Part shown: in pieces, positions 32,945 through 45,400 of the stretch | Numbering within the stretch: position 1 is the stretch's first letter | Layout of the letters: each line of letters starts with the position of its first letter | DNA from: Isurus oxyrinchus | Lineage: Eukaryota | NCBI GenBank assembly: GCA_026770705.1 | Contig: JANJGN010000021.1 | Coordinates: forward strand, 80,166,001-80,230,000 | Length of the DNA: 64,000 nt | Direction: 5' to 3' | The notes under the pieces: model-generated | The model's database searches: none | Told to the model about the DNA's origin: nothing | What the model saw: the letters and a program-made list of their open reading frames with translations, nothing else | Position numbers and translations under genes: made by a program

Positions 32945-35900
32945 GGCTGAGGGTCCCAGTCTCTTTGAGTGAGAGTCCGGGTCTCTCCAACTAAGGTTCC
33001 GGGTCTTTACTCTCTTGGACTGAGGGTCCGGGTCTTCACTCCATTGAACTGAGGGTCCGAGTCTTTATTCTGTTGAACCGAGGGTCCGGATCTTTACTCT
33101 GTCGGACTGAGGGTCCGGGTCTTCACTCCCTAGGGCTGAGGGTCTGGGTCTTTACTCTGTTGAACTGAGGGTCTTGGTCTCTAATCTGTTGGACTGAGGG
33201 TCTGGGCCTTTACTCTCTTGGACTGAGGGTTTGGATCTTTACTGTCTCTTACTCAGGGCCCAGGTCTTTACTATCTCTTATTGAGAGTCTGGGTCTTTAC
33301 TATCTTCTTACTGAGGGCCCGGGACTTTATTCCCTCGGGCTGAGGGCCAGAGTCTTTACTCTCTTGGACTGAGGGTTCAGGTCTTTAACATCTCAGGCTG
33401 AATGTCTGGAACTTTACTCTTTCGGACTGAGGGTCCAGGTCTTTACTCTCTCTTACTGAGGGTTCGGGATTTACTCTCTCGAACTCAGGTCCCGGGCCTT
33501 TACTCTCTCAGACAGACGGCCAGGGTGTTTACTCCCTCAGACTGAGGGCCTGGGTCTTTACTCTCTCGGACTGAGGATCTGGGGTTTACTCTCTTCAACT
33601 GAGGTTCCAGGCCTCTACTCTCTCTTACTGACGTTCCGGGTCTTTATTCCCTTGGACTGAGGGTCTGGGTCTTTACTCTCTCTTACTGAGGGTCCGGGTT
33701 ATTCCTCTATCGGACTGAGGGCCCAGGTCTTTGCTCTATTGGACTGAGGGTCTGGGTTTTACTCTCTTCAACTGAGGGTCCGGGTCTTTACTCCCTCTCA
33801 CTGAGGTTCCGGGTCTTTATTCCTTCGGACTGAGGGTCTGGGTCTTTACTCTCTCTTACTGAGGGTTTGGGTTTTTGCTGTTCCTTACTGAGGGTCCAGG
33901 TCTTTACTCTCTCTCACTGAGGTTCCGAGTCTTTATTCCCTCGGACTGAGAGTCTGGGTCTTTACTGTCTCTTACTAAGGGTCTGGGCCGTTACTCTATC
34001 TTACTGAGGCCCCAGGTCTTTACTCTCTCTTACTGAGGGTCTGGGTCTTTACACTCTCAGGCTGAGGGTCTGGGTTTTACTCTCTTCAACTGAGAGTCCG
34101 GGTCTTTACTCTCTCTTACTGAAGTTCCGAGTCTTTACTCCCTCGGACTGAGGGTTCGGGTTTTTATTCCTTTGGACTGTGGGTCCATGTCTTTACTTTC
34201 TCAGACTGAGGGTCCGGGTCTTTATTCCCTCGGACTGTGGGTCTGGGTCTTTACTTTCTCTGTCTGAGAGTCTGGTTCTTTACACTCTTGGACTGAGGTT
34301 CTGGGTCTTTACCCTCTCGGACTGAGGGTCCAAGTCTTTAATCTCTCTGGCTGAGTGTCCGAGACTTTACTCTCTCAGACTGAGGGTCTGGGTCTTTACT
34401 CTCTCGAACTGAGAATCGGGGTCTTTACTCTGTCGGACTGAGGGTCCAGGTCTTTACTCTGTCAGACTGAGTGTCCAGGTCTCTAATTTGTCGGACTGAG
34501 GTACAGGTCTTAACTTTTCGCACTGAGGGTCCGGGTCTTTACTCTCTCGGACTGAGGGTCTGAGTCTTCACTCTGTTGACATGAGGGTTTGGGCCTTTAC
34601 TCTCTCTGACTGACGGTGCGAGTCTTTACTCTCAGGCTGAAGGTCCATATCATTACCCTGTCAGACTGAGGGTCCAGGTCTTTACTCTCTTGGACTGAGG
34701 GTCCGGGTCTTCAGTCTTTACTCTCTCGGACAGAGGGTCTGGGTTTTACTCTCTTCAGCTGAGGGTCTGGATCTTTAATCTCTCTTACTGAGGGTCCGGG
34801 CCTTTATTCCCTTGGACTGAGGGTCTGGGTCTTTACTCTCTCGGGCTGAGGGTCCGGGTCTTTAATCTCTCTTACTGAGGGTCTGGGTCTTTATTCCCTC
34901 GGACTGAGGGCCCAGGACTTTACGCTCTCAGACTGAGGATCTGGGTTTTACGCTCTTCAACTGAGGGTCCATCTCTTTACCTTCTCTTACTGAGGGTCCG
35001 AGTCATTATTCTCTTGGACTGAGAGTCCGGGTCTTTACTCTCTCTTACTGATGGCCCGAGTCTTTAATCCCTCAGACTGAGGGCCTGGGTCTTTACGCTC
35101 TTGGACTGAGGGTCTGGGTCTCCACTCTTTTGGAATGAGGAACCGGGTCTTTACTCTCTCAGACTGAGGGTCTGGGTTTTACTATCACTTATTGAGGGTC
35201 CGGGCCTTTATTCCCTCGGGCTGACGGTCTGGGTCTTTACTCTCTTGGACTGAGGGTCCGGGCCTTTACCCTCTCTGACTGAGAGTCCGAGTCTTTAATC
35301 TCTCGGGCTGAGTGTCCGAGACTGTACTCTCTGACTGAGGGTCTGGGTCTTTACTCTCTCGAACTGAGGGTCCAGGTTTTTACTCTGTTGGACTGAGGGT
35401 CCGGGTCTTTACTTTGTCGGACTGAGGTACAGGTCTTAACTTTTCGCACTGAGGGTCCGGGTCTTTACTCTCTAGGATTGAGGGTCCGAGTCTTCACTCT
35501 GTTGACATGAGGGTCCGGGTCTTTACTCTGTTGGACTGAGGGTCTGGGCCTTTACTCTCTCGGACTGACGGTGCGAGTCTTTACTCTCAGGCTGAAGGTT
35601 CATATCATTACCCTGTCAGACTGAGGGTCCAGGTCTTTACTCTCTTGGACTGAGGGTCTGGATCTTTACTCTCTCAGGTTGCGGGTCCAGGTCTTTAAGC
35701 TCTTGGATTGAGAGTACGGGTCTTCAGTCTCTCTTTTTGAGGGCTGGGTCTTTACTCTCTCGGACAGAGGAACTGAGTCTTTACTCTCTCAGACTGAGGG
35801 TCTGGGTTTTACTCTCTTCAACTGAGGGTCCGGGTTTTTAATCTCTCTTACTGAGGGTCCGAGTCTTTATTCTCTTGGACTGAGGGTCCGGGTCTTTACT

Positions 35901-36455
35901 GTCTCTTACTGACGGCCCGAGTCTTTAATCCCTCGGACTGAGGGCCTGGATCTTTACTCTCTCAGACTGAAGGTCTGGGTTTTACTATCACTTATTGAGG
36001 GTCTGGGCCTTTATTCCCTCGGGCTGACGGTCTGGGTCTTTACTCTCTTGGACTGAGGGTCCGGGTCTTCACTCTCTCAGGCTGAGGGTCCAGGCCTTTA
36101 GTCTCTCGGACTGAGGATCTGGGTCTTTACCCTCTTGGACTGAGGGTCCGAGTCTTTACTCTCTCGGGCTGAGTGTCCGGGAATTTACTCTCTCGGACTT
36201 GAGGGTCCGGGTTTTTACTCTCTTGGACTGAGGGCCCAGGCCTTCACTCTCTCGGACTGAGGGCCCGAGTCTTTACTCCCTCGGACTGAGGGTCCAGGCC
36301 TTTGCTCTATCTTACTGAGGGCCAGGGTCTTTACTCAGTTGGACTGAGGGCCCGGGTCTTTACTCTCTCTTATTGAGGGCCCAGGTCTTTACTCTCTCGG
36401 ACTGAGGGGCCAGGCCTTTACTCTCTCCATATGAGGGCTCGGGTCTTTACTCTCT
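32945..36455. repeat. Satellite C: 29-bp tandem array, consensus ACTGAGGGTCCGGGTCTTTACTCTCTCGG
   Basis: Period of 29 (TGAG at 34381 and 34410). An internal block duplication is marked by GTACAGGTCTTAACTTTTCGCAC at 34501 and 35427. Confidence 0.96.
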
Positions 36456-36565
36456 GTGTTATGTTATGCATTTAAGTACTAGTGTACCCGAGTGAAATTG
36501 TTTGCGTGTATTCATGTGAATGTGTAATTGTGTCTGCTTCAATGTGAAGTTGTGACCGAGACTAA

Positions 36566-37389
36566 TGGTGGAATCCTCCCAGATTTGCCTAAATATTTGC
36601 TCCCAGCTGCAATGGCGGCTTCTCACACCGTTTCATCCCAAACCTGGCACATTAATTTTGCATTCCCGGGAAACATGCCGTTTCGATGGCAGGCAGCTCT
36701 GATTCGCCCGTCACACCATTAGCTCGCCGTTTCATCATGCTGGGCTCCACATTTAAATAAAGCTGCGTGCACACCTCTCAGAGCTTCCAGGCCACAACTG
36801 CTTCACATAAGGGATGGCCCCGAATGGCAAGAAGGCTGCAGCCCCCAGGTTTAGTGTTCATCTCTCAAGCACCTTTTGAATGTTGTGGAGGCCCACTGTG
36901 ATGTTTTGTACTCCCGCTCTGGCCGCAGGAGGGGCAGCAACATTATCAGTCCGGTTCGGTAGGCAATGGCAGTGGTGATCAATGCCAGTACTGCACAGAA
37001 GAGGTTAGCCATCCGATGCGGATAGAGGATGAATGATGTCATCCATGCTGCTAGCATAAGGCGACCATCTCATCACTCTAAACTCACACACTCAAGCCCA
37101 TCACACATTCACTCGCATCACACTCACTGCCAGCTCAAGGGACATCATCACTCACTCTTTCACAGTTTGGGGGGTGATTCTGACAGGCTAGCCGTATAAT
37201 GATATGCAGATGCAAGATGTGAAGCCCCCGATGTCCAATGGCAGGAAATGTGGACCATCATCAATGGGCTGAGCGGACGATCACAAATTGGTTTCACGAC
37301 AAGTGAAACTGATTTTTGGTCTTCTTGTCATATTGTCCTTTCATGCTGCCGAACACGCCTGACACCAGTGGGCACAGAAAATACCACTC
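36566..37389 (+). mobile_element. Deleted PIF/Harbinger DNA transposon with a Myb/SANT-like pseudo-exon (~36814-37055)
   Basis: TAA on both sides (36563-36565 and 37390-37392) and degenerate TIRs (TGGTGGAATCCTC vs reverse complement GAGTGGTATTTTC). The frameshifted peptide MAPNGKKAAAPRFS...LLNVVEAHCDVLYSRSGRR...AVVINA...KR.AI.C..RMND resembles Harbinger Myb-like proteins. Confidence 0.7.
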
Positions 37390-37399
37390 TAAGTGTATG

Positions 37400-37709
37400 A
37401 CAGCAGGTGTGAGAATAATTGTGTATGAATGTGTTCTAGTGTGTATGTCTGATTGAGTGTGGTCTTACATGTTTGAGTGTGTGATTTATTCTGCACGATA
37501 AAGTGTTTTTGTGTGTGCGCCTGCACGTTACAGTTTGTAAGATCGTGTTCAGTCTGAATGATTGGGTGTGAGAATGTCTGAGTCAGTTTGAGTGTGAGAT
37601 GTGAGTGTGTATGTGCACAGTGTGTGTGTGTGTGTAAGAATTAATGTATGTTTGTGTAATTACGAAATTACATGCTTGTGTATGTGTGCGTCCAGTGGTT
37701 GTGTGAGAA

Positions 37710-37752
<43 letters not shown>
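37400..37752. repeat. TG-rich low-complexity region with a (TG)n microsatellite at ~37713-37747
   Basis: Seen directly in the sequence. Confidence 0.85.
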
Positions 37753-37753
<1 letters not shown>

Positions 37754-38025
37754 CAGTGGTGTTTAACATGCTGCAATTGTCACCCAAGTAAGGGGTAGTT
37801 GTGAGTTATCGCTAGGGCTGTCACATGATTGATTCTCTCTGACAGCTATTTCTGGGCTGTTGTGTACCAGAAAGTTCCTGAGTCCGAGAGATTTCAGTTT
37901 TGGGTAAACAATACAGGGTACAGTGCCACATCTTACAGTCCCACCAACCAATAGAAAATAGGCAGTCCACTCCATAAGCAGTTACTGGGCAAACCCTGCA
38001 AACTACCATCTGATCTGTCCTATAT

Positions 38026-38378
38026 GGGGAAGGTGGTGGCATAGTGGTATTGTCACTGGACTAGTATTCTAGAAACACTGGGTAATGCACTGGGGACCTG
38101 GGTTTGAATCCCACCATGGCAGACGGTGAAATTTGAATTTAATAAAAAAAATCTGGAATTAAAAGTCTATGATGACCACAAAACCATTGTTGATTGTCAT
38201 AAAAAAACATCTGGTTCATTAATGTCCTTTAGGGAAGGAAATCTTCTTTCCTTACCTGATTTGGCCGATATGTGACTCCAGACCCACAGCAATGCGGTTG
38301 ACTCTTAAATGCCCTCTGAACAAGCACAATTAGGGGTGGGCAATAAATGCTGGCCTAGCCAGCGATGCCCATGTTCCA
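38026..38378 (+). mobile_element. tRNA-derived SINE
   Basis: Pol III A box TGGCATAGTGG (38037-38047) and B box GGTTTGAATCC (38101-38111), ~350 bp long, with LINE-like tail CAATTAGGGGTGGGCAATAAATGCTGGCC...GCCCATGTTCCAT. Confidence 0.8.
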
Positions 38379-38393
38379 TAGAACCATAGAACA

Positions 38394-41245
38394 CTACATT
38401 ACAGAAAACAGGCCATTCGGCCCTTCTAGTCTGTGCCGAAAATTATTCCGCTGATCCCATTGACCTGCACCCAGTCCATAACCCACCAGACCTCTCCCAT
38501 CCATGTATCTATCCAATTTATTCTTAAAACTTAAGAGTGAGCCCGCATTTACCACGTCAAATGGCAGCTCGTTCCACACTCTCACCACTCTCTGAGTGAA
38601 GAAGTTCGCCCTAATGTTCCCGCTAAACCTTTCCTCTTTCACCCTAAAGCCATGTCCTCTCGTGTTTATCTCTCTAATCTAAGTGGAAAGAGCCTACTCG
38701 CATTTACTCTGTCTATACCCCTCATAATTTTGTAAACTTCTATCAAATCTCTCCTCATCCTTCTACGCTCCAAGGAATAAGTTACTAACCTGTTTAATCT
38801 TTCCCTGTAACTCAACTCCTTAAGACCCGGCAACATCCTAGTAAATCTTCTCTGCACTCTTTCAATCTTACTGATATCCTTCCTGTAGTTAGGCGACCAG
38901 AACTGCACACAATACTCCAAAGTTGGTCTCACCAATGTCTTATACAACCTCAACATAACATCCCAACTCCTATACTTAATACTTTGATTAATGAAAGCCA
39001 GTATGCCAAAAGCTTTCTTTACAACCCTGTCTATTTGTGATGCCACTTTCAAGGAATTATGTATCTGAACTCCCAGATCCCTTTGTTCCTCCGCACTCCT
39101 CAGTGCCCTACCATTTACTGTGAATGTCCTACCTTGGTTTGTCCATCCAAAATGTAACACCTCACACTTTTCTGCATTAAATTCCATCTGCCATTTTCTG
39201 GCCCATTTTTCCAGTTGGTCCAGATCCCTCTGCAAGCTTTGAAAGCCTTCCTCACTGTCCACAACGCCTCCAATCTTAATGTCATCAGCAAACTTGCTGA
39301 TCCAATTTACCACATTATTATCCAAATCATTGATATAGACAACAAACAACAATGGTCCCAGCACAGATCCCTGAGGTACACCACTAGTCACAGACCTCCA
39401 GTCTGAGAAGCAATCATCCACTACCACTCTCTGTCTTCTCCCATACAGCCAATTTCGAATCCAGTTTACAACCTCTCCATGGATACCAAGTGTCTGAACA
39501 TTCTGAACTAACCTCCCATGTGGGACCTTGTCAAAGGCCTCACTAAAGTCCATATAGACAACATCCACAGCCTTTCCTTCATCTTCTTTCTTGGTAACCT
39601 CCTCGAAGAACTCTACAAGGTTCGTTAAACGTGACCTACCATGAACAAAGCCATGCCCTTGGCTGTCCAAATAATTGTATATCCGATCTCTCAGAACACC
39701 TTCCAATAATTTACCTACTACTGACGTCAGGCTCACTGGCCTGTAATTACCTGGTTTATTTTTGGAGCCTTTTTTAAACAACGGAACAACATGAGCTACC
39801 CTCCAATCCTCCGGCATCTCACCCGTGGCTAAATCCATTTTAAATATTTCTGCCAGGACCCCTGCAATTTCTACACTAGTCTCCCTCAAGGTCCAAGGGA
39901 ATATCATGTCAGGCCTGGGGGATTTATCTACCTTTATTCGCTGTAAGGCAGCAAACACCTCCACTTCTTTCATCTCTATATGTTCCATGACACTACTGCT
40001 TGTTTCCCTTCCTTCCTTATACACTATGCCAGTTTCCTGAGTAAATACTGATGCAAAAAAACTGTTTAAGATCTCCCCCATCTCGTGAGGCTCCACACAT
40101 AGACGACCACTCTGATCTTCAAGGGGACCAATTGTGTCCCTTACTATCTTTTTACTTGTAGAAATCCTTCGGGTTTACCTTCACATTATCTGCCAAAGCA
40201 ACCTCATGTCTTCTTTTTGCCTTCCTGATTTCCTTTAGTATTTTCTTACATTTTCTATACTCTACAAGTACCTCATTTGCTCCTTGTTGCCTATACCTGC
40301 TATACACCTCTCTCTTCTTCTTAACCAGATCGCCAATATCCCTTGAAAACCAAGGTTCCCTATGCCTGTTAACTTTGCCTTTAATCCTGACAGGAACATG
40401 CAAACTCTGCACTCTCAAAATTTCGCCTTTGAATATCTTCCACTTACCGAACACATCCTTGCCAGAAAACAACTTATCCCAATTCACTCTTCCTAGATCC
40501 TTTCTCATTTCCACGAAATTGGCCTTTCTCCAATTTAGAATCTGAACTCGAGGACCAGACCTATCCTTATCCATAATTAACTTAAAACTAATGACATTGT
40601 GGTCACTGGACCCAAAATGTTCACCTACACATACTTCTGTCACCTGACCTGTCTGGTTCCCTAATAGGAGATCAAGTATTGCATCCTCTCTCGTTGGTAC
40701 CTCTATATATTGATTTAGAAAACTTTCCTGAACACATTTGCCAAATTCCAAGCCATCCAGCCCTTTTACAGTATGGGAGTCCCAGTCAATATGTGGAAAG
40801 TTAAAATCTCCTACTATTACAACTTTCTGTTTCTTACATTGGTCTGCTATCTCTCTACAGATTTGCTCCTCCAATTTTCTCTGACTATTGGGTGGTCTAT
40901 AATACAACCCTATTAGTGTGGTCACACCTTTCCCGTTCCTCAGCTCCACCCATATGGCCTCTGTAGATGAGCCCTCCGGGCTGTCCTGTATATGCACAGC
41001 TGTGATATTTTCCCTGACTTGTAATGCCACTCCTCCCCCTTTCACCCCTCCCCCTCTATCACGTCTGAAACAAATGAACCCCGGAACATTGAGCTGCTAG
41101 TCCTGCCCCTCCTGCAACCAAGTCTCACTAATAGCAATAATGTCATAATCCCATGTGCCAATCCACGCCCTAAGCTCATCTGCCTTTCCGACAATCCTCC
41201 TTGCATTGAAATAGATGCACCTGAGAACACTTCTATCACATACAA
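38394..41245 (-). pseudogene. CR1 ORF2 (endonuclease + reverse transcriptase), split into several ORFs
   Basis: Track ORFs 41097..41342, 40152..41045, 38666..40096 and 38394..38642 are consecutive pieces of one ORF2. Confidence 0.9.
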
Positions 41246-41428
41246 ACCTTTGATTTCTGTCTATACATGCATTCCTCGCTTGAACTTTATCCTCCTCCAT
41301 CTCCTCTATCTGCTCTAACACGCTGGTTCCCCTCCCCCGCATATCTAGTTTAAAACCCCCAGAGCAGCACTAGCAAACCTACCTGCAAGGATGTTAGTCC
41401 CCCTCTAGTTCAGGTGCAAACCGTCCCA

Positions 41429-42274
41429 TCAGAACAGGTCCCACCTTCCCTGGAACAGAGCCCAATTGTCCAGAAACATGAAGCCCTCCCTCCTGCACCA
41501 TCTCCTTAGCCACATATTTAGCTGCATTTTCCTCCTATTTCTAGCCTCACTAGCACGTGGCATGGGAATCACTCCTGAGATCGCAACCCTGGAGGTCCTG
41601 TCCTTCAGCTTTGCACCTAACTCCTTAAATTCTCTTTGCAGCACGTCCTCCTCCTTCCTATCCACCTCATTGGTCCCTACATGGACCACGACATCTGGCT
41701 GCTCACCCTCCCTCCTGAGAATACTGAGAACTCGATCCGAGATATCGCGGACCCCGGCACCAGGGAGGCAACAGACCATCCAGGATTCGTGATCTCTCCC
41801 ACAGAACCTCTTAACTGTCCCCCTAACTATCGAATCCCCCATCACTACCACTCTCCTCTTTTCCCTCACTTCTTTCTGAGCTGAGGGTCCAGCCTCGGTG
41901 CCAGCGACACGACCACTACAACTTGTCCCTGGTAGGTTGTCCCCATCAACAGTATCCAAAACGGTGGACCTATTGTTGATGGAAATGGCCACAGAGGTGC
42001 TCTGCTCTTTCTGTCTATTCCCCTTCCCTCTCCTGACAGTTACCCAGCTGCCTGCCTCCTGACTTTTAGGGGTGACTGTCTCCCTTAAACTCCAGTCTAT
42101 TACTGCCTCTGCCTCCCAAATGATCCGAAGTTCATCCAGTTCCCTAACTCGGTTTGTCAGGAGCTGCAGCTGGATGCATCTGTTGCAGGTGTAGTCACCA
42201 GGGACAATTGTGCTGTCCCTGACTTCCCACATGCTGCATTCGGAGCACTCGACTGCCCAAACTACTGCCTCCAT
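41429..42274 (-). pseudogene. CR1 ORF1 (zinc finger + SGNH/GDSL esterase), truncated at the 3' end
   Basis: 281-aa track ORF with VECSECSMWE...CNRC, VVMGDSIVRG, CLPGAGV and VVVHVGTN. It stops before the final esterase block. Confidence 0.85.
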
Positions 42275-42424
42275 TACCTACTCCTAATTTAATTAAAGGA
42301 ACTTACCCGGTCTTACCCCATTGAGAGCAAGCTCGTCTTCAGCCTCTGGAGACAAAGCCTCAAAGCTCCACTCCTTCACTGGGCCAATCTCTTCAGCTTC
42401 CCCTCCTTTTATTTTCAATCTCCG

Positions 42425-45400
42425 TGCTTTTTTTAAAACGAACTCCCCTCACTCTATTTAAAATGAACACCCCTCGTTCACCGGGCCCTTTTTAAATGAA
42501 CTCTCCTCGCTCACCGCGCTCTATTTAAAATGAACTCCCCTCACTCACCGCGCTCTGTTTAAAATGAACTCCCCTCACTCACTACTCCCTTTCTAAAATG
42601 ATTTCCCCCCGCTCACCGCGCTCTTTTTAAAATGAACTCCCCTCACTCACCGCGCTCTTTTTAAAATGAACTCCCCTCGCTCACTGCGCTCTGTTTAAAA
42701 TGAACTTTCCTCGCTCTGTTTAAAATGGACTCCCCTCAATCACTGCGCTCGATTTAAAATGAACTCCCCTCGCTCACTGCGCTCTGTTTAAAATGAACTT
42801 TCCTCGCTCTGTTTAAAATGGACTCCCCTCAATCACTGCGCTCGATTTAAAATGAACTCCCCTCGCTCACTGCGCTCTGTTTAAAATGAACTTTCCTCGC
42901 TCTGTTTAAAATGGACTCCCCTCAATCACTGCGCTCGATTTAAAATGAACTCCCTCGCTCACCGCGCCTTTTTTAAAATGAACTCCCCTCGCTCACCGTG
43001 CTCTATTTAAAATGAACTCCTCTCGCTCACCGCGCCCTTTTTAAAATGAACTCCCCTCGCTCACCGCGCTCGATTTAAAATGAACTCCCCTCGCTCACCG
43101 CGCTCTTTTTAAAATGAACTCCCCTCGCTCTGTTTAAAATGAACTCCCCTCACTCACTGTGCCCTTTTTAAAATGAACTCCTCTCGCTCACTGCGCTCTT
43201 TTTAAAATGAACTCCCCTCGCTCACTGCGCTCTGTTTAAAATGAACTTTCCTCGCTCTGTTTAAAATGAACTCCCCTCACTCACTGCGCCCTTTTTAAAA
43301 TGAACTCCTCTCGCTCACTGCGCTCTTTTTAAAATGAACTCCCCTCGCTCACTGCGCTCTGTTTAAAATGAACTTTCCTCGCTCTGTTTAAAATGAACTC
43401 CCCTCGCTCACCGTGCCTTTTTTAAAATGAACTCCCCTCGCGCACCGTGCTCTATTTAAAATGAACTCCTCTCGCTCACCACGCCCTTTTTAAAATGAAC
43501 TCCCCTCGCTCTGTTTAAAATGAACACCCCTCACTCACTGCGCCCTTTTTAAAATGAACTCCTCTCGCTCACCGCGCTCTATTTAAAATGAACTCCCCTC
43601 GCTCACTGCGCTCTGTTTAAAATGAACTTTCCTCGCTCTATTTAAAATGAACTCCCCTCACTCACTGCGCCCTTTTTAAAATGAACTCCTCTCGCTCACT
43701 GCGCTCTTTTTAAAATGAACTCCCCTCGCTCACTGCGCTCTGTTTAAAATGAACTTTCCTCGCTCTGTTTAAAATGAACTCCCCTCGCTCACCGTGCCTT
43801 TTTTAAAATGAACTCCCCTCGCGCACCGTGCTCTATTTAAAATGAACTCCTCTCGCTCACCACGCCCTTTTTAAAATGAACTCCCCTCGCTCTGTTTAAA
43901 ATGAACACCCCTCACTCACTGCGCCCTTTTTAAAATGAACTCCTCTCGCTCACCGCGCTCTATTTAAAATGAACTCCCCTCGCTCACCGCGCCCTTTTTA
44001 AAATGAACTCCCCTTGCTCACCGCGCCCTTTTTAAAATGAACTCCCCTCACTCACGCGCTCTTTTTAAAATGAACTCCCCTCACTCACGCGATCTTTTTA
44101 AAATGAACTCCCCTCACTCACTGCGCCCTTTTTAAAATGAACTCCCCTCAATCACTGCGCTCGATTTAAAATGAACTCCTCTCGCTCACTGCGCTCTGTT
44201 TAAAATGAACTTTCCTCGCTCTGTTTAAAATGGACTCCCCTCAATCACTGCGCTCGATTTAAAATGAACTCCCCTCGCTCACCGCGCCTTTTTTAAAATG
44301 AACTCCCCTCGCTCACCGTGCTCTATTTAAAATGAACTCCTCTCGCTCACCGCGCCCTTTTTAAAATGAACTCCCCTCGCTCACCGCGCTCGATTTAAAA
44401 TGAACTCCTCTCGCTCACCACGCCCTTTTTAAAATGAACTCCCCTCGCTCTGTTTAAAATGAACTCCCCTCGCTCACCGCGCCTTTTTTAAAATGAACTC
44501 CCCTCGCGCACCGTGCTCTATTTAAAATGAACTCCTCTCGCTCACCACGCCCTTTTTAAAATGAACTCCCCTCGCTCTGTTTAAAATGAACACCCCTCAC
44601 TCACTGCGCCCTTTTTAAAATGAACTCCTCTCGCTCACCGCGCTCTATTTAAAATGAACTCCCCTCGCTCACTGCGCTCTGTTTAAAATGAACTTTCCTC
44701 GCTCTGTTTAAAATGAACTCCCCTCACTCACTGCGCCCTTTTTAAAATGAACTCCTCTCGCTCACTGCGCTCTTTTTAAAATGAACTCCCCTCGCTCACT
44801 GCGCTCTGTTTAAAATGAACTTTCCTCGCTCTGTTTAAAATGAACTCCCCTCGCTCACCGCGCCTTTTTTAAAATGAACTCCCCTCGCGCACCGTGCTCT
44901 ATTTAAAATGAACTCCTCTCGCTCACCACGCCCTTTTTAAAATGAACTCCCCTCTCTCTGTTTAAAATGAACACCCCTCACTCACTGCGCCCTTTTTAAA
45001 ATGAACTCCTCTCGCTCACCGCGCTCTATTTAAAATGAACTCCCCTCGCTCACCGCGCCCTTTTTAAAATGAACTCCCCTTGCTCACCGCGCCCTTTTTA
45101 AAATGAACTCCCCTCACTCACGCGCTCTTTTTAAAATGAACTCCCCTCACTCACGCGATCTTTTTAAAATGAACTCCCCTCACTCACTGCGCCCTTTTTA
45201 AAATGAACTCCCCTCAATCACTGCGCTCGATTTAAAATGAACTCCTCTCGCTCACCGCGCTCTATTTAAAATGAACTCCCCTCGCTCACCGAGCCCTTTT
45301 TAAAATGAACTCCCCTCGCTCACCACGCTCTTTTTAAAATGAACTCCCCTCGCCCACTGCACCCTTTTTGAAATGAACTCCCCTCACTCACTGCGCCCTT

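Larger units (their letters stand above)
38377..42400 (-). mobile_element. Near-full-length CR1 LINE, inactivated by frameshifts
   Basis: ORF1 (41429-42274) has Cys pairs CSEC/CNRC and SGNH esterase motifs GDSIVR and HVGTN. ORF2 has an APE endonuclease (YFNARR, ISETWL, VGDFNFP, LDLLL, SDHNVI; 40152-41245) and RT (38666-40096, FADD). The 3' tail is (CATAGAAC)2 at 38377-38392. Confidence 0.96.

Noticed and set aside
38026-38115. Possible tRNA gene
   Set aside because: The A and B boxes are too widely spaced for a clean cloverleaf, and the sequence continues into a SINE body and tail.
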